From NCBI RefSeq assembly GCF_009914755.1, contig NC_060931.1: a DNA stretch of 64,000 bases. One strand, 5' to 3'. The translations under genes were made by a program, and so were the position numbers. The DNA comes from the human T2T-CHM13v2.0 reference genome, Homo sapiens. The notes beneath the pieces are model-generated. The model was not told where the DNA came from and made no database searches. It saw only the letters and a program-made list of their open reading frames with translations. Below are positions 19,012 through 33,503 of this stretch, piece by piece. Positions within the stretch are counted from its first letter, which is position 1; every line of letters begins with the position of its first letter.

Positions 19012-19148
19012 ATATTCCAGAAGGCGGCAGCAGCAGCCGCAGGCCTGGCACATCCGTGGTAAGTTCTGCATCTATGAGTGTGCTGCACAGCTCTTCCCTG
19101 CGTGACTACACCCCTGCCAGTCGCTCTGAAAACCAGGACTCTCTTCAG
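19012..19148 (+). CDS. ANKIB1: ANKIB1 penultimate coding exon (Ser-rich)
   Basis: aaacag|AT...CAG|gtagcc; 137 nt, DIPEGGSSSRRPGTSVVSSAS...QDSLQ. Confidence 0.9.
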
Positions 19149-19500
19149 GTAGCCTTTCTGAGCAGCCTCATTGCCTGTGCTTTTACTCTTTCTCTGCTGA
19201 GTGTGGTTTCCTGTTGTTACTTTCATCGCTTTCCTATTTCTTCCTTCCATTCTAAAATCTTTGTTTTAAAGATGTGCTGCAGGAAAAGATATTCCTATAT
19301 TTTAGATTTATTTTAAGGTATGTTTTTTTTTTCCTTTAGCATGGGCATGGAGAAAAATACAAGATTTTAGTAGATAAAATAATTTTTCTGTATAAATAAA
19401 ATTAATAATCTGTTGGTAAAGGAAGAATGGTAAACCTGATTGAGTTAAATCAGTTTTTTTCAGTCAAATTTTAAAGTGGTTTTGCTTTCTGTTGCTTCAG

Positions 19501-20238
19501 GCTCTGAGTTCCTTGGATGAAGACGATCCCAATATACTTCTTGCAATACAGTTATCACTGCAAGAGTCTGGGCTGGCCCTCGATGAAGAAACTAGAGACT
19601 TCCTCAGTAATGAAGCATCCTTAGGTGCGATAGGCACTTCTTTACCTTCCAGGCTGGACTCTGTCCCCAGAAATACAGATAGCCCTCGGGCTGCATTGAG
19701 CAGCTCTGAGCTTTTGGAACTTGGTGACAGCCTCATGAGACTAGGAGCAGAGAATGACCCATTTTCAACTGACACCCTGAGCTCACACCCTCTCAGTGAG
19801 GCAAGAAGTGATTTCTGTCCCTCATCTAGTGATCCTGACTCAGCTGGCCAGGACCCCAACATCAATGACAATCTTCTCGGCAACATCATGGCTTGGTTTC
19901 ATGACATGAACCCTCAGAGTATTGCCCTGATTCCTCCAGCAACTACAGAAATCAGTGCAGATTCCCAGCTCCCCTGTATCAAAGATGGGTCAGAAGGTGT
20001 GAAGGATGTGGAAATGGTGCTGCCAGAAGATTCAATGTTTGAAGATGCCAGTGTCAGTGAAGGTAGAGGAACCCAGATAGAAGAAAATCCTTTGGAAGAA
20101 AATATTCTGGCGGGGGAAGCAGCATCTCAAGCTGGTGACAGTGGTAACGAGGCAGCCAACAGAGGAGATGGTTCAGATGTTTCAAGTCAAACACCTCAAA
20201 CCTCAAGTGACTGGCTTGAACAAGTACATTTAGTGTGA
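19501..20238 (+). CDS. ANKIB1: ANKIB1 last coding exon (UIM plus acidic disordered tail)
   Basis: gcttcag|GCT...; UIM-like [18 protein letters not shown]; ends WLEQVHLV* at TGA 20236-20238. Confidence 0.96.
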   Translation, partial: ALSSLDEDDPNILLAIQLSLQESGLALDEETRDFLSNEASLGAIGTSLPSRLDSVPRNTDSPRAALSSSELLELGDSLMRLGAENDPFSTDTLSSHPLSEARSDFCPSSSDPDSAGQDPNINDNLLGNIMAWFHDMNPQSIALIPPATTEISADSQLPCIKDGSEGVKDVEMVLPEDSMFEDASVSEGRGTQIEENPLEENILAGEAASQAGDSGNEAANRGDGSDVSSQTPQTSSDWLEQVHLV

Positions 20239-22680
20239 ACTGCACACATCTGGGCTCTAAATGAATTACAGGTACAGATGGTATGCTAGGTGGAGTATGC
20301 TTGATAGAGACTTTGATTCACTTAATTCCAACTCAGTGATAAACCACTGACATTAGGGTTGAATACAGAGAAGTTCCCTTGAATGGTAGCTTCATTTTTT
20401 ATTTTAACCTTACAGGGAATTTCCTTTGTACTTAATTGAATAGCTTTTCCCCTTTTTGCTGACAAAAAGAAGAGCAAGAGAAAGAGAAACAAAAATGAAA
20501 TAAATAAGTTGTATTCCACACTCTAAGAAAATGCAGTCCTCTATTTAGCCTAGGCTTGACAATACTTAAATTGAACATTTAAACTAAAGGCTTACTCCCT
20601 AATCTTTGGGTGGCTTTCCTTTAAAAAAAAAAAAAAAAGTTTTCTTCATTCTAGAAATTTATTTTGGATAAATCCGATAACATATATGTCCTCAATCTCT
20701 TTGTGCTCTTCCATAACTTACTTCCTTTTTGTCTGAGCAATGTGAATTGAAGTCTCTTTAGTACCACATCTACCATAGTGTAATTAGTTTTAATTTTCAC
20801 ATGAATCAAAGGTTTCCTTTCATGTCTATTTACAGTCCAATTGTGCCAAACTCTTACTTGTGTGCTGACTAACAAGGCATTTAGGTGTGCAGCATCCTAG
20901 AGTGCTCCAGGGCAGTGTCAGCGTTCTCGGGAGTAAAAGGTGCCACTTGGTAGCAATGATATTCCAGAATTAAATGGGTTTTTGTTGCCATGGAGACTGC
21001 ATTTATATAAATGTAGCCTGTAGCTTAAGTTAACTAAACCTAATGCTGCTGTTAAAAACAGTTTATTTTAATATTAAAATACAGTTGATTAGCAACAGCG
21101 GTGCTGTATTTTAAGAGACACTTTATTGGAAGTGCAATCATAGTTATTTGTTTTCACAATTTTACAGTGCATTCTAATTACTGATGGGTGCAATTACTTT
21201 TAATCGTGTTTTATAAAATAGAAAAAAAGTGGAGTTTTCATGAGTTATAGTAAATCCCACGATTATTAAGAAATTCAATAAAACATCCTGCGCAACATGT
21301 TACCGTGCCTTTGCCTAACCTAAATGGATAGTTGCCAGTTAAATAAGTGAGTAATTCAAATTTCAATGTCTCTTCTGAAGTAACTATGCTATGAATTGCA
21401 AAGACCTCCATAAAACCACCCATGGCCTTGCTTTTACACTAACTATAACAACTAAATGTTCAATCAGTTTGTTTGCCTAACTAGCAAATGCTGACATGTG
21501 TTTGTTCTACTGCGCAATACTCATTTGCTGTGTGATTACTGTTTAGTGTTGAAAAAAATCAACTTCCTAGTTATCAGTGTCTTACTGTGAAGAAAATACT
21601 GGTCTTAGTTGTAATTAGGATACAATGGTACAGTGTGTAATTAAAACTAGAGTAAACTGTTGGAATGGCTGTTTTACTTAAATATTATCAAAACTAGCAT
21701 AACATAAGCAAAATAGATAAGTACAACACTCCATTTAGTGTTTTGCCAGATTGTTACCAGAAGTCTACAGATACCAAACTTTCAGTTCTGAGTTTGTACA
21801 GGCAAGTCCTGGGCTGGGTAAAAAGTTATATTAATATTGTTATCCACAAGAGATGTGATTATGGGTTTTGATTACTTTTTTTTTTTCCAAACCCTGCTTT
21901 TGAAATATCCTTGTACTTAAAATTCATATTGCTAAGACACTGTATTAGAATATTTAATATTCCCCAGATCCTCTTAGGATAAACTGTGGGAATCCTCCTA
22001 TGCCATGGATATCAAAGGTCCACATTAGTTTTTATTTCTCCAGTGATCAGAAACATTGATATCAATCCCTATTAAATTAGTGGGGGGAATATTAACTTTA
22101 TCTACAGTGTATTACTGTATATTAAACTGAAATAGTCCATTAAAGGATTTTTTTATAAATTTATTTTGGATTAAAAATATCAACACCAATAAGTTTTTAG
22201 ACCAAGTTGTAATTTTTCCAATATAGAGTCTTTGCATCACACTGAGGCATCTTGCACAGCTGCAGTTAAGGTGAGAAAGAATGCTCTGTGTGAAGACAGT
22301 GTACACAATGGGTTCCGGTTTCCTTGCACCTTGTGCAGTATCCTTTATTTCTGTGCTGTTCTCTCCTGAGCATGAAAAATGATCATTATCCAATTTGTAT
22401 TTCCTTGGTACATATTTTAAAAACAACACAGTCATTGACTTTACAATTCAGTAATGAAGTTTGGCAAAGCCTATTTTGTAAACAAGTTAATTTTATAATG
22501 TAAAAAAAAAAAGTTAATCTAACCTTGACTTGTTATTTGCACTTTCATAGTCTATACTTGATACATTCCCACTTTATATACAGTAGGATTCTACAAACGT
22601 GTAGATGTTTGGCCAAATGAATGCTGTTAATAATATGTAAAATTCTTTGATTAAACATTTATTACTTAAACTACTTCCAT
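20239..22680 (+). other. ANKIB1: ANKIB1 3' UTR (~2.4 kb, AU-rich, no obvious interspersed repeats)
   Basis: Follows the stop; candidate poly(A) hexamers AATAAA 20499-20504 and 21277-21282, ATTAAA 22650-22655 followed by a U-rich tract; end position is inferred. Confidence 0.7.
22650..22655 (+). terminator. Probable distal polyadenylation signal of ANKIB1
   Basis: ATTAAA with upstream TGTA motifs and downstream U/GU-rich sequence. Confidence 0.55.
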
Positions 22681-23501
22681 TTTGTCTCATTACATTGTAG
22701 ACTTTGTTTTAACCAAGTCAGAAAGCTGATTTTCTTCAAATTAAATCCCTCCAATGTGATGGGATCAATTTGGTTCTTACATGTAATTGATTAGTGCCTA
22801 ATATTTTTACACTAGCCACTTACTGAGCATTTTATATCCCAGTTATAAATATGAAAACACTGCATGACAATGTGTTAAAACATTATGACATCAGTGCTCA
22901 TTTTATTGACATCACTGTAGCTTTCAGGAGAAAAATGTTATTTTTTCTTGAACTCTAATAGAAATACATAGAAAAATAACTTTAAGATATGTTTTGTGAA
23001 ATTGCTTAGGAAAGAAAAAAATTTTATGCCATGTGAATAAAAATGCCTGCTTCTCTTTCACTTTATTATTGTGTCCCTTATGAGTTACCAAAATAACCCA
23101 TGACATTTGACCATGCCCCAGCTGGTGCTTCATGGGGTCTGCTGGTGATAATCATTTAAAGTGGCGTCATCTTATTTATGCCTTTCATTATGTGGATCTG
23201 AAGCTTAACTACCAATGTTCATAGGCTGAATTATTCCTTAATTGTTGTTCATTACAGCCACTGATCTCATTTTTTATCTCCTTTGAGTCCTCAAATATTT
23301 ATCATTTACGTGTTATGAATTAAAATCTGGAATTTATTAAAGTTTGATCATAATTTAAAAGCAGTGATAGTATATCTCTGAAGAGTAAAACCTTGGAATC
23401 TAAATATTAAGTGATAATACAAACTTTGGGGGTGTTTTAAGGCTGAAATAACTCCAAAGGAAAAAATTTTTCATGCAGTCAGCTCTTGGACTGAGTAGTA
23501 G

Positions 23502-23824
<323 letters not shown>

Positions 23825-24296
23825 AGAAGTTGTTTCATCTCAGCATTGTGCTACAGGCATAATTACTGGGTCTTCTCCTTGGCAACATTATATTGTCTTG
23901 TCAGTTGTTACAGCCTTCTCACCGGAATGAAAGATTTCTTTCTAGAAAGATAGAAGTGGCTTCTTCTAGACTGTATTATGTGACAGTACTTTAGGAACTG
24001 GCAGTAGACTTATTTCTTAAAGATGAATCAGAAAAGTTTCCTTTAGACCTCAGTTCCACTTAGGACTCACAGGTAGCTGACAGACTTAGTGGTGGCCAAA
24101 CTTCTGAAGGAATTATTCTTCTTCACTCTTTGAAACTGCAATTTGACAATATTCTTAATCAAGCTGTCTTCATGTCTTAGCCAGCTGTCCCATTAAGTAT
24201 TTATTGCATAAGTGCCTAGCCTGTGTGAGCCATCAGTACATAACAGGTTGAGACAAACACATGAGAGTGAACAAAGCCAAAGTACAAAAAGGATAA

Positions 24297-24712
24297 TTGT
24301 TGGAGGATTCAGTCAGGCCTCTTATCTTACTAGGTGTGCCAAGACTGCAAGGCCCTGTTGGCAATTTTGCCTGAGCCATCTCAGGATTTATGTAACTAGT
24401 AACTTGAGATCAAGGAGCAGGCTTAACTGCTTAAGAAGTGGATTCCTCACACCCAGTGTTCAGCTGAACTACAACATGAACCCCACCGTGTGCTTGCTGT
24501 CCATCCAGGTCCTTTGCATTGCCCCCTTGAAACTGGAGACAAGGGGAACTGATGCAAATATGCTGAGGTTCATTCTGAGTGCTGTGCCATGAGTGATAAA
24601 GTCCTTTGCCTCTGACTCAAGAGTCTCATGTCTTCTGTCAGCATTCTTGAGATTGTAACAGGCTAACTTACTCGTTTGTCAGTAGGGTAAAGTGAAATCC
24701 TGGAACTGAGAG
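24297..24712 (+). mobile_element. ERV LTR (MER21-like)
   Basis: taaagtcctttgcctctgactcaagagtctcatgtcttctgtcagcat...agtagggtaaa resembles the MER21-group 3' part; immediately followed by a PBS. Confidence 0.6.
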
Positions 24713-24715
24713 TTT

Positions 24716-24733
24716 TGGCAACAAGGATGGGAT
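24716..24733 (+). other. Retroviral primer-binding site complementary to tRNA-Ser(GCU)
   Basis: TGGCAACAAGGATGGGAT vs TGGCGACGAGGATGGGAT (tRNA 3' end from recall); both differences are CpG to CpA. Confidence 0.7.
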
Positions 24734-26290
24734 GCTGACAAAGACATGATATTCTGAAAAAGGAACCATGGGCCAGGTTCTGGAATGTAAGACTCCCTGA
24801 GATCTGGTAGTGAATTCTCTAACCCTAATGATGGATATAGGGCGAGGGTTGGTGGAGATTAAGGGTTCCCACTGTCCTACCTATTCATGAACAGGAGACA
24901 ATGTTTAGAGGCTTAGCAACAAGAGGTGAGATTGAAACAAACAGTGCAAACGGTGCTTTGTTACTCCTGCAGGCAGGCAGAGGAAGGGATGTTTTCAAGG
25001 TAAGGAGTCAGCAACTCCTGTTACAATGTAAAATAAATGGTGTTATCAATAAGAACCTTGCTTTTCGATTGAGAGCCTTGGATAGACTGAAAACAGAAGG
25101 TTATTTGATTGAGCTGCAAGCAGTTGCAACACTGTTCAAATGCCGAAGTGAAGGCAATGCCATGCCTAAAAGTGCAGAGCAGGCCACAGCTGATTCAGCC
25201 AGTAATGAGGGCAAGGTGCTGGGTGCAGGAGTGACAGAAGGTGCCGAAGACTTCGGGGTAAAACGTGGTGGTGTGCATGGGAGAAAATAGAAGCCCGGGG
25301 CCCCAGTTCTTTCTGGATGCTGTAGGGGCTCACCACTGCCACAGGAGAGGTAGTTGTCAGTGTTCGGGCACTGATCCTGAAACAAGAGGCTAAAGGAGAA
25401 AAAAGGCTGAAAATTAAGTTTGTTCCCCACAGACAGCCTCTTTTGCAACCCTCCTGGTTAGGGGTAATGTGACCGGGCACTCATTTGCCGCGTGTAGCCC
25501 CTGACTTGCACACATTTTCAACTCGTTGGTCTGTGGTCTGTGTTCCTGTGGTGTAAAAGGCTTTTTAACATGTTCTGTGGTGAGGAAGGGAAGCTAATAG
25601 GGCCTTGTGGGCGGGGCCTTTTTGGTGATTCAATGTAAAGTGGCTTCTAAATCTAAATGTACAATGGAATTGATGTGTTGTATGCCCACACTTACCTGTC
25701 TGATGATTGTCAGTGGGATTCTCCCTTTCAAGGGCTCCCACATGTACAGAGGTAATAATGGACTGTGTAAATTGCTCCCCAACGTGTCTCTGACCCCTCC
25801 TGGTGGTCCTCCAGACACAATACAAAATCCCAGGAGGAGAAAGGGAAATTGCTGACTGACTTAATTGCACTCAGAGCACTCAAGCCTTTTCCAACCCAGT
25901 GTGGCCACCTACCTGACGCAACCACCAAACAGCATCCACTTTGAAAAACAGGCAGCTATTAATGTGCATCTCTCGAAACTGAATACCTAACCCATGGAAA
26001 CCTTGGGACTTCCTGGTCTGACATCTTGACTTTAGGGTGGGTCAACTCTTAATTGGAGAATTAACCAGATGGAAAGTCTCCAGCAGGCCTTGCTAGTCAC
26101 ATAGAAATGATAGATTTGAGAGGGCAGTAGCCTGGCCCTAGCAGTATCTCAATTTTACTTGAAAAATTATAGCTGTGCCTTTGGGGGAAATTTTGTGCCC
26201 AACTTAACTGCCCATAGCACAGCCACAAGCTGATATCAGAATGGCTGGACTTAGTTCAATTGCTGGGCAACAATTTGTGCCAAATCTCAG
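24734..26290. mobile_element. Degenerate ERV internal sequence, possibly composite
   Basis: Lies directly behind LTR+PBS; higher GC than flanks; no clean gag/pol motif recognised. Confidence 0.4.
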
Positions 26291-26310
26291 TGATATGTTT
26301 TGTAGCTATG

Positions 26311-27880
26311 GATAATTCTAAAATGTATATGGAAAGGCAAAAGAGCTAGAGTAGCTAAAACAATTTTGAAAAAGAAAACTAAAATAGAGGAACCATGCTA
26401 CCCTTTTTCAAGACAGTGCAATACTGGTGAATGGATAAACACGTAGATCAATAGAATAGGACAGAGAACCAGAAATAGCCTCACACTAATATTGTCAACT
26501 GGTTTTAACAAAGGCGCAAAAGGAGAAAGGATAGCATTTTCAACAAATGGCACCAGAACAATTGGTATGATATAAGGCAGGCAAAACTTAAGAACCTCTA
26601 CTTAAAACTCACACTTTATATATAAAACTTAAAGTTGATCATAGATTTCAATGTAAAATGTGAAACTTTTAGAAAAGAACATAAAGTCTTCTAAGATCTA
26701 GGCTAAGCAAAGAATTTTTAGACTTGCCACCAAAAGCATGATTCATAAAAGAAAAAAATGATAAACTGGACTTCATCAAAATGTAAAACTTTTGCTCTAC
26801 AAAAGATCTGATAAAGAAGATGAAAAGACAAACCTGGGAGAAAATATTTGCAAACCACATATCTGACAACTCATAGAATGTATAAGGAAGTCTCAAAACT
26901 AAACAGCAAAAAGACAATCCAATATAAAATGGACAAAAGAGATGAAAAATTTCACCAAAGAAGATAAATAACTAACACATGGAATTTGTTCAACATCACT
27001 GTCCATCTGGGAAATGCAAATTAAGATCACAGTAAGACACTACACACCTATCAGAATGGCTAACATAAATATTAGTGTCAACACCAAATGCTGGTAAGGA
27101 TGTGGAGAAATGAATATTCATACATTGCTGATGGGAATATAAAATGGTACAACCATCCTGGAAAATAATTTGGTAGTTTCTTTAAAAACTTAAGCATATA
27201 CTTATCATATGACCCAACACTTGCACTTCTGGGCATTTGTCACAGAGAAATGAAAACTTATCTCCACACAAAAACCTGTACACATTTGTTCATAGCAACT
27301 ATCTGTAATAGCCAAACCTGAAATCCACCAAAATGTCCTCTCGTAGATGGTTAACAGTAGTACATCTATGCAGTGGAATCCTACTCAGCAATAAAAAGGA
27401 ACAAACTATTGATTCAACCACTTGGATGAATCTCAAGGGCCTTATGCTGAGTAAAAAGAAAGGCAGTCTGAAAAAATCACATGCTATATTATTCCACTTA
27501 TATAACATTATTGAAATGACAAAATAATAAGAGTTGGAAGCAAATTAGTGTTGGCCAGCGGTTAGGGATGGTGGGGGGCAGGTAGGTGTGTGTGTGACTA
27601 TGAAGGAGTGACACAAGGGACATCTTTGTGATGATGGCATAGTCTGTATCGGTGGTGGCCACGTGAATCTACATGTGATAAAATCATATAGAAATATACA
27701 TAGACATTTACCAGTGTCAGTTTCCTGGTTTTGATATTGCACATTATGTGAAAGGTACTCATTGGAGGAAACTGGGTAAAGCATACACAGGGCCTCTCTA
27801 TAATAGCAACTTCCTATGAACCTGTTTGAATTATTGAATTATTTCTATTAAATTACTGAATTATTTTAAAATTTAAAAAA
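26311..27880 (+). mobile_element. Old L1 (L1MB/MC-like) 3' portion
   Basis: ORF2 C-terminal remnants (ctggacttcatcaaaatgtaaaacttttgctc; ggaaatgcaaattaagatcac) and L1M 3' UTR. Confidence 0.85.
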
Positions 27881-30323
27881 AACAGATGGCAAGCTGAAGT
27901 TGGCAAATAGGTTATGGTTTGCTGACCCCTGCTTTAGAGCAACAATTCAATAAATCAAATGTTATCTTAATGCATTATGAGCTGTCAATATTACTACAAC
28001 TTGGGAGCCATTGAAGATATCTTGAACAACTAATTCATTTGTTTCAGAAACTTGGATTAAGCAAATATACTTAATCCAAGTATCTTTGGATTAAGGTACT
28101 ACCAATGTTGGTAAGAAACTACTAACATTCATTCTTGACAGTAATGTCTAATATATTCCACAACATTTTAGCCACTGACGTTATTTGAGCCTATGAGTGC
28201 CAAGTGGCATACTGATTTTTAAAAGAACATGGCTAACTGCACTAGTCTTTAACATGAGTAGTTTCACCAAGGTCCAGTTGTGTACACATAGATGTGCTCA
28301 TCCAACTATGCCTAGAGCTAGATAAGGGAATACTCATTTGGAATAATATAAAAAATAACAATTAAAAGTAAATTCTAGGTAGTCCCTACATTTGTGTGCA
28401 TTATAGAAAGTGTAGCCGGAAGCCAGAAGAATGGATTCCCCTCTCTCTTTTCATGGCCAGTAATCTGTCATTACCCTTTTATGTTCATCTTGGGTTGACT
28501 TATAAATGTGCTACCCATTGTTGGATTTTGGGCCACTCCTGACAGATTTTCAAATTATTGGCTCTCTTTTCAAACAAAACTTAAAATATTGAGAACAAAT
28601 CAATCTACTCATTGGATAGACTGACCCTAAGAGGTGTATTTTGCTCAGAGCCTTTACTAAATGCAGAAATCAAAATATTGTCATAGAAGTGTAAGGACTT
28701 TTAATCAAGTCATAACCACTACGTAATGGCATGTACAATAAGCTCACACAATAGGCTGCATGTGGTTAGGAACATTGCTGAGACAACAAAAATGCCTAAT
28801 GCCGTACTGGGAAAGGGAAAACTTCAGAAAGCAAGGGGGCTGTCACGTGTCCCTATTACTATGTGCATGGAGGTTTTGATGCCAAGGAGAATATGAAAAA
28901 CCTTAAGCTTCCCAGCTGAATTTACTTTTTTGTATGGAATTAATTCACTGTGTCTTCACTTTGGTAGGTGTATACACAGTAATGTTTGTTAAAATATCCA
29001 GACCCAGGAGCTTTAGGGGGCCCTCCTGGAGTTTCTGCTGAGTGAGTTTAAAGACCCTTTTTCTTCTGCATGCTCACATTGCAGAGGTTAAGCCCATCTT
29101 CCAGGACTTTGTTAGTAGTAGTAAGAGATTATAAACACAATATGAAACTCTGCTGAAATAAAGTCCCCTTCTGAGAGCTACCATAACCAGAAAGTAATGG
29201 AGATAGAGCAAATTCGTAACAATAGGCAATCAAAAAGTCAGATGTCTGGGACTGCGTATAGTGTCTGTACTTACATTCAAATGTCTTCCTTGAGATTTGT
29301 AAATTCCACTAAATTGCCATGTCCAATACTTTTGATAACAGAAGAAGGAGTTATCAGTCTTCTCTGGCTGACTCCCTCATGCACAGCCCGGGGCAGCTCA
29401 ATTAAACCTCCTCCAGTGTTCTCTAAGCCCTAATCCCCCCAGCACGGGCTCTGCAGAACCCTTTTCCCTGCTTCCTCTATTCAGTCTTCTTACCTCCATC
29501 TCAAAAGAGACTGCCACAGGTGATGGGCCAGTCCTGCCCTTCAGTTTTGGAAGAAAAGGGCCCTTGGCCTGACTAAGGCCATCCTCACTCCTGTCCCTAC
29601 TCACTGGTTTTTATACCTTCACTTCCTTCTGCCTCCAAATATGTCCAAATTTACCCCTATCCTAGAAAGTGAAAAAACAGGAAAAGCACAACCTTTGCCA
29701 GCCCCTGCTGTTTCTCCTCTTCCTTTAGGTAAACCTGGCAGACCTCTTGCAGGGGCTGTCCTTTCCTTCCACAACAACCATTCCTGCCTCACTGAAGTGT
29801 AGATTCACTCCTCCCTGCCCCTAAGAGTCGGTGATCTGGTCCTTGTCAAATCTACTGGCCTTGTTCCTAGTTTTATTGTGCCTTGACCTTTTGGAGTAGG
29901 TTAAGTGAAACAACCTCGTGTGTTCTCAAGGACCGGGACACCATAGCCCTACATCAGTTGTAGCTGAGCTTCACTAACATAGTCCCGAAAGTCTCTGATA
30001 GCCTCCATAACATCACGCTTTCATCATTCTCATATGTTGGCGACCAATGCCCTTTTTCTTTCATCTAGTCATGGGCATTCCCAGAGTTTGACTATTGGGC
30101 TGTCCTTCCTTTTCTCTCATTTCTGGCAGTTTCATCTGTTCTCACAGCCTCAATTCTCACCAAATTGTGATGGTCCCCAATTCTTTCTAGCTCTGAGCTC
30201 CAGTGCCCAAAAAACTGCCAAATTAGCATTTGCTCTGCTTCCATATACGGAAAATATCTAAACCTACATTATCACCTTGTCTCACAGCTCCCCAAGCCAT
30301 TTCCTTCTTTCTTAAGATGGCCT

Positions 30324-30638
30324 TTCTCTTTTTTTTTCTTTTTTTTTTTTCTTTTGAGATGGAGTTTCACTCTTGTCGCCCAGGCTGTAGTACAATGGCG
30401 CGACCTCTGCTCACTGCAACCTCTGCCTCCTGGATTCAAGCGATCCTCATGCCTCATCCTCCCAAGTAGCTGGGATTACAGATGCTCACCACCACACCCG
30501 GCTAATTTTTGTATTTTAAGTAGAGACGGGGTTTCGCCATGTTGGCCAGGCTAGTCTTGAACTCCTGACCTCAGTGGATCCGCCCGCCTCGGCCTCCCAA
30601 AGTGCTGGCATTACAGACGTGAGCCACTGCGCCCAGCC
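30324..30638 (-). mobile_element. Alu (AluS-like)
   Basis: Reverse dimer; TSD aagatggcctt on both sides. Confidence 0.95.
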
Positions 30639-31202
30639 AAGATGGCCTTATTTTATAAGTGACAATTACCCACAGTAAACCCTGGGACATCCCCAACTTC
30701 CCCATGCTATACAGATCCATCCAATTAGATGTCAACTCCCACTAACCCCTTTGTCCATTATCTTGATCATATATGATTGGTTCATTCCACCCCATATATC
30801 ACCCTAGTTCTGTCCTTTAGCGCCTTAAGCCTAGGTTATTGCATCACCCCTTGCATGGGCCCTTTCTCTCTCCAGTATCTCTCTTTTCCACCCTCAACCA
30901 CCCACCATGACCAGACCAATTACCCTAAAGCAGTGCCTTCATCATGATACTGCAATCAAAACTTGACACCTACAAGATAAAGCTTGAAACCCTGTACCTG
31001 ATATTTTAGGTCCTCCATCATCTGACACAACTATTCCTCTACATAAATCTTTCTGTCTCTCTCCCCAGACCACCTTAAGCATACCAGGAACATGCCAGCT
31101 TAGCGTCTTTGTTCATACTGCAGCCATGACATATTCTTCCTGCTAGGGCAAGCACCAAAGACTAGCTGGCCTAGGACTTGGAATTAGAAATAGGTGAGGT
31201 GG

Positions 31203-31973
31203 CAATGAGATACCATCTCACACCATTTGAATGGTGATCATTAAAAAGTCAGGAAACAACAGGTATTGGAGAGGATGTGGAGAAACAGGAACACTTTTAC
31301 ACTGTTGGTGGGAGTGTAAACTAGTTCAACCAGTGTGGAAGACAGTGTGGCAATTCCTCAAGAAATTATAATCCTTTGGGTATATACCCAGTAATGGGAT
31401 CACTGGGTCAAAAGAACCTAGAACTAGAAATACCATTTGACCCAGCAATCCCATTACTGGGTATATACCCAAAGGATTATAAATCATGCTACTATAAAGA
31501 CACGTGCACACGTATGTTTATTGCGGCACTATTCACAATAGCAAAGACTTGGAACCAACCCAAATGCCCATCAATGATAGACTGGATTAAGAAAATGTGG
31601 CATATATACACCATGGAATACTATGCAGCCATAAAAAAGGATGAGTCCATGTCCTTTCTAGCGACATGGATGAAGCTGGAAACCATCATTCTGAGCAAAC
31701 TATCACAAGGACAGAAAACAAAACACCACATGTTCTCACTCATAGGTGGGAATTGAACAATGAGAACATTTGGACATGGGGTGGGGAATATCACACACCG
31801 GGGCCTGTCGTGCAGTGGGGGAATGGGGGAAGGATAGCATTAGGAGAAATACCTAATGTAAATGATGAGTTAATGGGTGCAGCAAACCAACACAGCACAT
31901 GTATACATATGTAACAATCCTGCACATTGTGCACATGTACCCTAGAACTTAAAGTATAATAATAATAAAAAAA
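31203..31973 (+). mobile_element. 5'-truncated L1PA with internal fold-back duplication
   Basis: ORF2 C-terminus, 3' UTR and A tail; TSD agaaataggtgagg(t/g)gg at 31186-31202 and 31974-31990. Confidence 0.95.
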
Positions 31974-32240
31974 AGAAATAGGTGAGGGGGGAATGTAGAC
32001 ACAGGTTTCTTTGGATAGATTTGAAAGCGTGAGCTTTTACACATCTGAGTAAAACTTTCTCATAAAAGAACTTACACCCTCAAGGTGTGAAACTCCAGGA
32101 GGGATACAAAAATCTATTCAGCCTGTAACCTTCAGGAATATAAGTAAATATTATATAAGTAATTCAATTCAAAATGTTATGGAACTTTTTGTTGTTTAAT
32201 AGATATAGAGCTTCAGTTTTGCGAGATGAAAAAAGTTCTG

Positions 32241-33150
<910 letters not shown>

Positions 33151-33191
33151 TTAACACTACTTGAACAGTACACTTAAAAATGGTTAAGATG

Positions 33192-33503
<312 letters not shown>

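Noticed and set aside
19497-19889. 130-aa antisense ORF over the last ANKIB1 exon
   Set aside because: Typical shadow ORF of a coding exon with no independent support.
24901-25928. Cluster of 60-130 aa ORFs in the ERV-like region
   Set aside because: No gag, protease, RT or env motif that I can recognise; treated as decayed repeat.
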